From Solirubrobacteraceae bacterium (GTDB lineage: Bacteria; Actinomycetota; Thermoleophilia; Solirubrobacterales; Solirubrobacteraceae), in NCBI GenBank assembly GCA_035948815.1, contig DASZIU010000062.1, positions 10,398 through 74,397 of the forward strand: a DNA stretch of 64,000 nt. The letters run 5' to 3'. Shown here in pieces: positions 56,211 through 64,000 of the stretch (the first letter of the stretch is position 1; each line of letters starts with the position of its first letter). The notes below the pieces were generated by a model, which worked only from the letters and a program-made list of their open reading frames with translations, did not search any database and had not been told where the DNA came from. Made by a program: the position numbers and the translations under genes.

Positions 56211-57020
56211 GTGCTCTACATCGCCACGGTGCATCACGCCTCGCCGCGCTGGATCGAGATCCAGGCGAGGCACATTCAGAGGCACATCTCGGTCCCGCAC
56301 GAGACGTGGTCCTCGCTCGAGGGCATCGACCGCTCCTACGCGCGACACTTCGACCGCGTGCTCGATCAGGCCGGCTCGCACTCGGGCAAGCTGAACCACC
56401 TTGCTCTCGAGATCTCCCACGAGGCGCAGGACGAGGATCTGCTGATGTTCCTCGACGGCGACGCGTTCCCGATCGCCGACCCGATGCCGCTGGTTCGCGA
56501 CGGGCTTGCCCGTGCGCCGCTCGTCGCGGTCCGCAGGGCCGAGAACCTCGACGACCGCCAACCCCATCCATGTTTCTGCGTGACGACGGTCGGCACCTGG
56601 CGGCGCCTGTGCGGGGACTGGTCGGAGGGGTACCCCTGGCCCGACCGCCGCGGCAGGCCGGTCACCGACGTCGGCGGCAACCTGCTTCGCGCGCTCGAGC
56701 TGGCAGACGCGCCGTGGGTGCAGGTGCTGCGCTCGAATCGCAAGAACCCCGACCCTCTGTTCTTCGCGGTCTATGGCGACGTGATCTACCACCATGGCGC
56801 TGGGTTTCGCAAGGGTGCCTTCCGGGCTCACTACCAGTCCAGGCCTAAGCTGATCCAGCCGCCGCACGTGCCCGTCCTGCGCGAGGGCGCCCGGGCCATC
56901 AACCGGGTGCGGCTGTTCGTCTGGAAACTCAAACACCGCGCGCCTCAGATCCTCTACTCCCGGCGGATCTACGACCGCATCAAGCGCGAGGACCCCGGCT
57001 GGCTGGGCGAGTTCGTTTAG
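56211..57020 (+). CDS. Hypothetical protein, possibly GT-A glycosyltransferase-like
   Basis: LLMFLDGDAFP DxD motif, HPCFC, TDVGG, YHHGAG. Confidence 0.6.
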   Translation: MLYIATVHHASPRWIEIQARHIQRHISVPHETWSSLEGIDRSYARHFDRVLDQAGSHSGKLNHLALEISHEAQDEDLLMFLDGDAFPIADPMPLVRDGLARAPLVAVRRAENLDDRQPHPCFCVTTVGTWRRLCGDWSEGYPWPDRRGRPVTDVGGNLLRALELADAPWVQVLRSNRKNPDPLFFAVYGDVIYHHGAGFRKGAFRAHYQSRPKLIQPPHVPVLREGARAINRVRLFVWKLKHRAPQILYSRRIYDRIKREDPGWLGEFV

Positions 57021-57093
57021 CCGCGCCTCGCCACGGCCGCTGCGCGGCGCCGCGCGTCGAGCCTCGGTGGCGTTGCGGCACGGGCCAATACGT

Positions 57094-57110
57094 ACTTCAT
57101 TTGGTAAAGT
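57094..57110 (+). promoter_or_regulatory. Putative HxlR operator (ACTT-N9-AAGT) overlapping -10 TAAAGT
   Basis: AT-rich inverted repeat; -10 lies 8 nt upstream of ATG 57119. Confidence 0.5.
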
Positions 57111-57118
57111 GATCTGAA

Positions 57119-57472
57119 ATGGCCGTCGATGCGACATGTCCCGTATGCATGACGGCAGAGATCGTCTGCGGCAAGTGGACGCTGCTCCTGATCAGGGATC
57201 TGGCCGAGGGTAGGTCGCGCTTCTGCGAGCTCGAACGCTCGCTCGCCGGCATCAGCCCGCGAACCCTCTCTCTCCGCCTCCGGGCGCTCGAGGACGAGGG
57301 CGTCGTCGAGCGGCACACCTTCTCCGAGGTGCCACCCCGGGTCGAGTACGCGCTCACGGAGAAGGGCAGGGCGCTGCTGCCGATCATCGACGACATGCGG
57401 GCATACGGCGAAGAGTGGCTTGGAGCACAGTGCTCGGAGCCCAGCGAGTCCGAGGCGCTCGCCGTCGCCTAG
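57119..57472 (+). CDS. HxlR/DUF24 winged-helix transcriptional regulator
   Basis: CPV..GKWTLLLIRDL..RF.EL..GIS..LS.RL..VPPRVEYALTEKG. Confidence 0.92.
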   Translation: MAVDATCPVCMTAEIVCGKWTLLLIRDLAEGRSRFCELERSLAGISPRTLSLRLRALEDEGVVERHTFSEVPPRVEYALTEKGRALLPIIDDMRAYGEEWLGAQCSEPSESEALAVA

Positions 57473-57544
57473 GCGGGTCCGCGGCGCTGCAACGGGCGCT
57501 GCGCGGTGCAGGAGGGCGGTCAGTGAAGGCGAAGTGAGCGCAGC

Positions 57545-58882
57545 GTGCGCTCTCTGTCTCTTCAGACCGCCCTGAGCGAGTTCGTCGAGTCTGCGGCCGG
57601 ACTGCTCCAGGCTGAGGTCGCCGCCGGTGCCGAGGTCCCGTTCGAGCTCGACTCCCGATCCACCCGCAGAGGTGGGGGCAGCACCCCGCTCTACTGCTAT
57701 CGGGCGCTCACCGGTCCCTTCATCACCGAGCGCCGGCCCGCGCTGGAACGCCTGCCGGCGAGGGGCGAGGCGGCAAGGCTGCTGAAGAGCTTCGACGGCC
57801 TCGAGCGCTATCTCGCAGCCGCGGGCGCCGAGCCGGCGCGCCAGACACGGCCGGCACGCGTGGACGCGGCGCTGGTCGCCCTGCTGCGCGACGTGTTCGA
57901 CGAGCAGACGGACTTCGAGCTGCGACCGGAGCGCCTCACGGCCGCGCTCGCCAAGCTCGAGCAGTCGGCCCACGCCGACGCCGGGGAGGTGACGGTCGTC
58001 GGCACGCTGCACGGGCTCACGATGTCCTCAGCGGAGATCCAGCTCACCCGTGGGCTCACCCTGGCCCATCCCAGTGCGCTCGCCGGGCTCCCCGAGGCCG
58101 TCCTCGGCGCCCGTGAGCAGGACTGCGAGCACCTCGTGGTCGTGCTGCGCGCGGCTGAGGCCGACGCCCAACAGGACGCGTGGGAGCCGGTCGAGTCCGT
58201 GTCGGCAGGGCGTGAGGTGCTGCGCGATCTGCTTCGGGCGCTGCGTCTCTTCGGCGACGGCCGCGTGACGCTCGGCGCCCTCGGCTGGGCGCGCATCTCA
58301 GCCGGCGCCTGGACGCCGATCGCACTGGGAGCCGGCGGCCGGCCGCACGGCATGCTCGTCGTCACCGCCGAGCACGAGGATGAGCTGCGGGCCTTCTGCA
58401 ACCTCGTCTCGCGGCGGGCGCCGACCGACAACGAGCTGGCCTGGGCGCTGCGGCGCTTCGAGCTCGGCTGCGAGCGGGAGAGTCCCTACGACGCGCTGAC
58501 CGACCATCTGCTCGCGCTGCGTGCCCTGCTCGAGCCGGAGGGGCCCGCGAGCGGCCTGCTCGCGGGACGCCTGGCCGTGCTCTGCGCCACCCCGGAGAAC
58601 CGCGCCGACCTGACCGAACGCATCGTCAAGGCGATCGAGCTCGAGCGCGCGGCGATCGTGGGCGGCGCCGTCGTGCGCAGCGGCGCCCACCTGCTCGCAC
58701 GCGAGGTCGGTGACCATCTCCGGGCGCTGCTTCGGGACGTGATCTGCGGACACCTGAGCCCCGACCTGGTGGGCCTCGCCGACGAGCTGCTGCTCGAGGA
58801 CGAGGCGGCCCCGGGCGCCTCAGCCGAGGAGCTCGTCAGCGACTCGGGAGAGCCCGAGGAGATCCTGGATCTCCTCGTCTAG
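57545..58882 (+). CDS. Hypothetical protein with degenerate Apea-like HEPN C-terminal domain
   Basis: ALRRF..ER..LTDHLLALRALL..LAGRLA.L helical pattern; RxxxxH absent. Confidence 0.55.
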   Translation: MRSLSLQTALSEFVESAAGLLQAEVAAGAEVPFELDSRSTRRGGGSTPLYCYRALTGPFITERRPALERLPARGEAARLLKSFDGLERYLAAAGAEPARQTRPARVDAALVALLRDVFDEQTDFELRPERLTAALAKLEQSAHADAGEVTVVGTLHGLTMSSAEIQLTRGLTLAHPSALAGLPEAVLGAREQDCEHLVVVLRAAEADAQQDAWEPVESVSAGREVLRDLLRALRLFGDGRVTLGALGWARISAGAWTPIALGAGGRPHGMLVVTAEHEDELRAFCNLVSRRAPTDNELAWALRRFELGCERESPYDALTDHLLALRALLEPEGPASGLLAGRLAVLCATPENRADLTERIVKAIELERAAIVGGAVVRSGAHLLAREVGDHLRALLRDVICGHLSPDLVGLADELLLEDEAAPGASAEELVSDSGEPEEILDLLV

Positions 58883-59941
58883 CTGAGGCACGAGCACCGG
58901 CCGGGGCTCGTGCAGCGTGCGCGCGAGGCCAGCGATCGTGTCGCGGTCCCGTTTGGCGAGCACGTCGAAGTCGGCCAGGTTGGCGGCGACCTTCCGTGCC
59001 AGCCCGTCGCCCAGCTCCGGTGCCAGGAGCATCTGCACCTCCTCGACGGAATGCCCATCAAGGCCACCGGCGTGGACCCGGTTGACGATCAGCGCGCCTC
59101 GCTGCATCTTGGCCTGTGCCAGCTGCTCGGCAAGGAACACCGCCTCGCGCGCGGGCTCGCGCTCGGCCGAGGTGATGATCAGGAACGTCGTGGCGGGGTC
59201 CGCGAGGAGCGCCGCGACGCCGCGCGTCTGTTCGCCAAAGCCGTCGATCACGCCGGAGAGCGCGCGGAAGAACCTCGACAGCTCCCCGAACATGTCGATG
59301 CCGGTTACGCGCGCGAAGATCGCGAACACGAGGCCCGTGCCGCGGCCGAAGATCCGCGCCGTCATTCCGCCGGGAGCGAGGAAGACCTTCAGCGCCCGGC
59401 CTTCGAGGAACCCGAGCAGCCGCGTCGGCGCGTTGAGGAAGTCGAGCGCGTTGCGCGAGGGCGGGGTGTCGAGCACGATCGCGTCGAAGTCGTGCTCCTC
59501 GTGCAGCTCATAGAGCTTTGCGATCGCGCTCAGCTCGTGCGAGCCGGCCACCGCAGTCGAGAGCTCGCGGTAGACCGGGTTGGACAGGATCTCCTTCCGG
59601 GCCTGCTCGTCGGGGGCCAGCCGCACGACGATCTCGTCCAGCGTGCGCTTGGCGTCGAGCATCATCGCCCACAGCTCGCCCTTCATCTCGACGCCCTGAG
59701 CGGCGAAGACCTCGGGCCCGATCCGCCGTGGCTCTCCGGAGAGCTCCCGCAGGCCTAGAGCGGACGCGAGGCGTTTGGCCGGATCGATCGTGACGACCGC
59801 GATCTTCTGGCCGGCCGCCGCAAGACCGAGCGCGAGGGCGGCCGAGGTCGTCGTCTTGCCCACGCCTCCCGCACCGACGCAGATCAGGATGCGCTTTCCG
59901 CGCACGCGCCGCCGGAGTCCGCCCTGCTCGCCGTCCACCAT
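58820..59941 (-). CDS. ArsA/Get3-like anion-transporting ATPase family protein
   Basis: GAGGVGKTT, TIDPAKRLA, LDTPPSRNALDFL, IVNRV; leaderless -10 TACGAT. Confidence 0.9.
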   Translation of the reverse strand: MVDGEQGGLRRRVRGKRILICVGAGGVGKTTTSAALALGLAAAGQKIAVVTIDPAKRLASALGLRELSGEPRRIGPEVFAAQGVEMKGELWAMMLDAKRTLDEIVVRLAPDEQARKEILSNPVYRELSTAVAGSHELSAIAKLYELHEEHDFDAIVLDTPPSRNALDFLNAPTRLLGFLEGRALKVFLAPGGMTARIFGRGTGLVFAIFARVTGIDMFGELSRFFRALSGVIDGFGEQTRGVAALLADPATTFLIITSAEREPAREAVFLAEQLAQAKMQRGALIVNRVHAGGLDGHSVEEVQMLLAPELGDGLARKVAANLADFDVLAKRDRDTIAGLARTLHEPRPVLVPQLDEEIQDLLGLSRVADELLG

Positions 59942-60030
59942 GCCGGGATCGTAGTTCCCGTGCAGGAATCGACCATCGCTATGCGAATACCCACCGGACG
60001 GCTTTCCAGCAATCGAGCATCGGAGCCAGC

Positions 60031-60798
60031 GTGGACGGAAAGGCCAAGGTAATCGCGTTCGCCAACCAGAAGGGCGGCGTGGCCAAGACGACGACGACCC
60101 TCAACCTCGCGGCCGCGTTCGCCGAGGAGGGCCACCGCGTGCTGTGCGTCGACATGGACCCGCAGGGCAACCTGACGATGTCGCAGGGCATCGATCCGGA
60201 CTCGCTGGACAAATCGATGTATGACGTGCTCGTCCACAAGGTCTCGATCCGCGAGGTGATCCGCAAGCGCGAGATCGACATCGCATGCGCGTCGATCGAC
60301 CTCGCGGGCGCCGAGATCGCGATGTCAACGATGATCGGCCGCGAGCGGTCGCTGCAGAAGGCCTTCGAACCGATCCTCGAGGACTACGACTTCATCTGCA
60401 TCGACACGCCGCCGAGCCTCGGCCTGCTGACGATCAACGCGCTCACGGCGGCCGACAAGGTGATCGTCCCCGTCCAATGCGAGTATCTGTCGATGCGCGG
60501 ACTGATCCAGCTGCAGAACACGCTCGCGATGATCCGGGAGAACCTCAATCCGGGCGTGGATATTGAGGGTATCCTCCCGACGTTGGTGGATTCGCGCACG
60601 ATCCACGCCAAGGAGGCAATCGAGATCCTCGAGGAAAACTTCGGCGATCGCGTGTTCGCGTCTCGCATCCGTAAGACGGTCCGCTTCGCCGAGGCTCCGG
60701 TAAAGGGTATGTCGGTGCTCAAGTACGAGCCGGACGGCGTCGCGGCACAGTCCTACCGGCAACTCGCGCAGGAGGTCCTCACCCATGGCAAACGCTAA
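60031..60798 (+). CDS. Soj/ParA family ATPase (no adjacent parB)
   Basis: NQKGGVAKTTT deviant Walker A, DMDPQGNLT, DTPPSLG, PVQCEY, DSRT, RKTVRFAEAP. Confidence 0.95.
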   Translation: MDGKAKVIAFANQKGGVAKTTTTLNLAAAFAEEGHRVLCVDMDPQGNLTMSQGIDPDSLDKSMYDVLVHKVSIREVIRKREIDIACASIDLAGAEIAMSTMIGRERSLQKAFEPILEDYDFICIDTPPSLGLLTINALTAADKVIVPVQCEYLSMRGLIQLQNTLAMIRENLNPGVDIEGILPTLVDSRTIHAKEAIEILEENFGDRVFASRIRKTVRFAEAPVKGMSVLKYEPDGVAAQSYRQLAQEVLTHGKR

Positions 60799-62233
60799 AC
60801 GCGCGAGTATGCGCGAAGGGCCGCTCGCGGCCCTCTTCCGCAAGACCGAAGAGGCCGAGGGCGAGCCGCCCGCTTCGCCGGCCAGCGCGCCGAAGGCGCG
60901 CACGCGGGCCAAGGGCGACTCACCGCCGCCCGAGCACCCGCGGGAGACCGGCCTGCCGCATCCCGGACTCGGCGCCTCGGACGGTGCGCAGGAGGAGCCG
61001 ACGCGCGTGGCGACCCCACGCGAGCGGCTGCGCCACGCCTTCTCCTCGGAGATCCCCGAGGACATCATGGAGCGCCCGACGCGGCCGGTGATGGACGAGT
61101 ACGTGCGCGAGCACCCGGCCGATTGGGGCCTCGCCGCCAACGGGGCCGCCGGCCAGCCGGTGATTCGCGTCGTCGGCGTGGGAGGAGGCGGCGTCAACGC
61201 CGTCAACCGCATGGTCGAGGCCGAGGTCGAGGGGATCGAGTTCGTGGCTGTGAACACCGACCTGCAATCGCTGCAGCAGTCGACCGCCGACATCACCCTG
61301 CACATCGGCGCGGGCGTCACCAGGGGGCTCGGCTCGGGCTCGGACGCGAACGTCGGACGCCAGGCGGCGATGGAGGACTACGACCGCGTCAAGTCGCTGC
61401 TCAAGGGCTCGGACATGATCTTCATCACCGCCGGCGCAGGAGGCGGGACCGGCACCGGCGCGGCTCCGATCGTCGCGCGGATCTCCCAGGAACTGGGCGC
61501 GCTAACGGTCGCGATCGTCACCAAGCCGTTCGGATTCGAGGGCTCCCGCCGCGGCGAGCAGGCCGAGAACGGGATCCGGGCTCTGGCCGAGGAGGTCGAC
61601 ACGCTGATCGTCGTCCCCAACAACCGGCTGCTCGCCGTGCTCGACAAGCAGACGTCGATGGTCGAGGCCTTCCGCGTCGCCGACGATGTCCTGCGCCAGG
61701 GCGTTCAGGGCATCTCCGACCTCGTGACGCTGCCGGGCCTCATCAACCTCGACTTCGCCGATGTGCGCACGATCATGAGCGAGGCCGGCAAGGCGCTGCT
61801 CGGGATCGGCATGGGCGTCGGCGAGAACCGCGCCACCGAGGCGGCCATGCAGGCCGCGTCCTCCCCGCTGCTCGAAACCTCGATGGAGGGAGCGCGCTCG
61901 ATCCTGCTGTCGATCACCGGCGGCACGAACCTGTCGCTGTGGGAGGTCAACGAGGCGGCCCGTTCGGTGTCGGAGGCGGCGCATCCGGACGCCAACATCA
62001 TCTTCGGCGCGATGGTCGACGAGAAGCTCGACGACCAGGTCTGGGTGACCGTCGTGGCGACTGGCTACGGCGACGAGGGTCGGCGCAAGAGCGTCGAGCG
62101 CCTCCGCGAGCCGGCGGCCGGCGAGCTCAGGGTGAAACGCTCGGGTGAGCACCGCGAGCGGCCGGATTCGGGCCGTCGCCGCAGCCCTGCGGGCGACGAG
62201 CTCGAAGTGCCGGAGTTCATGCCGAACCGCTGA
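60785..62233 (+). CDS. ftsZ: Cell division protein FtsZ with ~125-aa N-terminal extension
   Basis: VVGVGGGGVNAVNRM, GAGGGTGTG, PFGFEG, INLDFADV, C-terminal LEVPEFM; GGAGG RBS at 60771-60775 supports the long start. Confidence 0.95.
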   Translation: MANAKRASMREGPLAALFRKTEEAEGEPPASPASAPKARTRAKGDSPPPEHPRETGLPHPGLGASDGAQEEPTRVATPRERLRHAFSSEIPEDIMERPTRPVMDEYVREHPADWGLAANGAAGQPVIRVVGVGGGGVNAVNRMVEAEVEGIEFVAVNTDLQSLQQSTADITLHIGAGVTRGLGSGSDANVGRQAAMEDYDRVKSLLKGSDMIFITAGAGGGTGTGAAPIVARISQELGALTVAIVTKPFGFEGSRRGEQAENGIRALAEEVDTLIVVPNNRLLAVLDKQTSMVEAFRVADDVLRQGVQGISDLVTLPGLINLDFADVRTIMSEAGKALLGIGMGVGENRATEAAMQAASSPLLETSMEGARSILLSITGGTNLSLWEVNEAARSVSEAAHPDANIIFGAMVDEKLDDQVWVTVVATGYGDEGRRKSVERLREPAAGELRVKRSGEHRERPDSGRRRSPAGDELEVPEFMPNR

Positions 62234-62272
62234 CGGCGTCCCCCGTCGGCGAGACTGTGGTATCGCTCAGCA

Positions 62273-63745
62273 ATGGGCATACCTGAGAAGGGCGTCGTGG
62301 CGGCCGGGCATCCGCTCACGGCGCAGGCCGGCGCGCGGGTGCTGCGCGAAGGCGGCAACGCGATCGACGCCGCCGTCGGGGCGATGCTCACCTCGTTCGT
62401 CACCGAGCCGCTTCTGACCGGCCTCGGCGCGGGCGGATACATGCTCGTCGCCGGCCGCGGCCACGAGCCCACGCTGCTGGACTTCTTCGTCCAGGCGCCG
62501 ACGCGCAAGGGAGACGGCTCGGAGGCGGAGCTTCAGGCGATCGATGTGTCGTTCGGCGACGCCGCCCAGGTCTTCTACATCGGCCCTGCCTCCTGCGGCG
62601 TCTATGGCACCCCCGCTGGCGTCTGCGAGGCGGCACGGCGCTGGGGCACGGTGCCGCTCGAGCAGCTGGCGGCACCGGCTGCCACGCTGGCGCGCGAGGG
62701 CGTCGCGCTCAACGCCGGCCAGGCCTACGTGGCGGAGATCCTCGCCGACCTGTTGACCTCGACCCCCGAGTGCGCCGCGTTGTGGGCGCCGGAGGGGAGG
62801 ATCCTGCGCGAGGGCGAGGTGCTGCGCAACGCCGAGCTCTCCGACGCGCTCATGCGCCTGGCCAAGGACGGGCCCGGGCCGTTCTACGACGGCGACATCG
62901 CCAAGGCGATCTGCGACTGGCTGCGGGCGCGCGGCGGGTCGATGGAGTGCAGCGACCTCGCCGGCTACACCGCCGTCGACCGAGAGCCGGTGAGGGTCTC
63001 CTACCGCGACCGCGAGATCCTCACCAACCCGCCACCGTCGGCGGGCGGGACCTTGCTGGCCTATTCGCTGGCGCTGCTCGACCGCGGTCCGTCGCCGCCC
63101 TCCCTGAGCGACGTGGTCCAGGCGATGGCGGCGGCCCAGGACGAGCGCACGCCGGAGTTCGTCGAGGGCCTGGCCGAGGACGGCTTTCTCGAGCGCTTCC
63201 TCGCGGCGCGCCTTGGCTCGACCACCCACATCTCCGTGCTCGACGCCGAGGGCGGCGCCTGCAGCACCACCTGCACCAACGGCGAGGGCTCCGGCGTCGT
63301 CGTCCCCGGCACCGGCATGCACATCAACAACGTGATGGGGGAGGAGGATCTAAACCCGCTCGGCTTCCATCGCCATCCCGCCGGGAGGCGCATGCCCAGC
63401 ATGATGGCGCCGTCGATCGTGATGCGCGACGGCGAGGTCGAGCTGGTGCTCGGGAGCGCCGGCTCCAACCGCATCCGCTCAGCGCTCCTGCAGACGATCG
63501 TCGGGGTCGTCGACCATGGCATGCTCGCGCGCGAGGCGGTCGAGGCACCGCGCGTGCATTTCGAGGGCGGCATCGTCTACCACGAGCCCGGCGTCGAGGT
63601 CGACAAGCTCGGCGATGGACGCCCCGTCGTCGCGTTCGGCTCGCCCAACCTGTTCTTCGGAGGCGTCCAGGCGGTGCAGATGCGTGGCGAGCTGTTGACG
63701 GGCGCCGGGGACCCGAGGCGGGGGGGCGTGGCGGTGAGCGCATGA
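62273..63745 (+). CDS. ggt: Gamma-glutamyltransferase family protein
   Basis: GGNAIDAAV, GLGAGG, GSTTHISV (Thr nucleophile), SMMAP, GSAGSNRI, DPRRGG. Confidence 0.9.
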   Translation: MGIPEKGVVAAGHPLTAQAGARVLREGGNAIDAAVGAMLTSFVTEPLLTGLGAGGYMLVAGRGHEPTLLDFFVQAPTRKGDGSEAELQAIDVSFGDAAQVFYIGPASCGVYGTPAGVCEAARRWGTVPLEQLAAPAATLAREGVALNAGQAYVAEILADLLTSTPECAALWAPEGRILREGEVLRNAELSDALMRLAKDGPGPFYDGDIAKAICDWLRARGGSMECSDLAGYTAVDREPVRVSYRDREILTNPPPSAGGTLLAYSLALLDRGPSPPSLSDVVQAMAAAQDERTPEFVEGLAEDGFLERFLAARLGSTTHISVLDAEGGACSTTCTNGEGSGVVVPGTGMHINNVMGEEDLNPLGFHRHPAGRRMPSMMAPSIVMRDGEVELVLGSAGSNRIRSALLQTIVGVVDHGMLAREAVEAPRVHFEGGIVYHEPGVEVDKLGDGRPVVAFGSPNLFFGGVQAVQMRGELLTGAGDPRRGGVAVSA

Positions 63746-64000
63746 GGGTCACCGTCGCGGCGGCGCTCCTCGCCGCGAGCGTATTCGCGAGCTGCGGCGG
63801 GATCATCGCGCCGGACCTGTTCGTCATCGACCGGACCGGACCCGCGCCGGGGATGCGGCTCACGTTGCTCGTGAACGAAGAAGGCGCGGTGCACTGCAAC
63901 GGCGTGAGCGCGCCCAAGCTGAGCGACGCCCAGCTGGTCGAAGCGCGGACGATCCAGGAAGCGCTCCATGATCCGTCCTCCAAGCACCTGGCGCTCGCTG
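63742..64000 (+). CDS. Putative lipoprotein, partial (runs off window)
   Basis: ATGA overlap with ggt; MRVTVAAALLAASVFAS-CGG lipobox; frame open to the window end. Confidence 0.6.
   Translation, partial: MRVTVAAALLAASVFASCGGIIAPDLFVIDRTGPAPGMRLTLLVNEEGAVHCNGVSAPKLSDAQLVEARTIQEALHDPSSKHLALA

Noticed and set aside
58820-59941. Arsenic resistance operon
   Set aside because: Single-domain ArsA-like protein with no arsB/arsC/arsR and no metalloid-binding Cys cluster.
1-64000. CRISPR arrays, tRNA/rRNA, IS elements, integrases, prophage
   Set aside because: No spaced repeat arrays, cloverleaf/T-loop motifs, or transposase or phage genes were seen. Repetitiveness at 0.4-4.3 kb is explained by paralogous sulfotransferases.

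Overview
Very GC-rich, densely coding chromosomal segment from an actinobacterium. Gene content and motifs suggest class Thermoleophilia / Solirubrobacterales (inference). No rRNA, tRNA, CRISPR array or mobile element is visible. Layout: (1) 1-18.3 kb: a sulfated surface-polysaccharide cluster with an ABC exporter end, 4 tandem paralogous sulfotransferases plus a fifth, 5 GT4 glycosyltransferases, an FkbM methyltransferase, 2 charged lipoproteins, a clan GH-A-like secreted protein, and cysNC without an adjacent cysD. (2) 19.4-25.7 kb: two convergent operons, each preceded by 11-bp-period GTTCAC (PHO-box-like) repeats. One is a zinc-ribbon trio ending in an apparently non-catalytic phosphoesterase; the other is a PHP-GT4 fusion plus DUF2334 deacetylase. 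(3) 25.8-50 kb: housekeeping genes (chrA, uppP, mscS, cspA, GT-C mannosyltransferase, arfB, beta-oxidation genes, GGDEF-EAL, egtBD, the pgi-gnd-zwf-opcA-pgl operon, glpX). (4) 50-64 kb: degenerate GGDEF protein, rlpA-like gene under a c-di-AMP riboswitch, RpoD-family sigma factor, PilT-family ATPase, HxlR regulator, degenerate HEPN-like protein, ArsA-like ATPase, ggt. The strongest candidate for an undescribed system is an orphan Soj/ParA gene overlapping an ftsZ that lies outside a dcw cluster and carries a ~125-aa N-terminal extension starting with a ParB-like ParA-activating peptide. All family calls come from motif recognition by eye; no searches were run.
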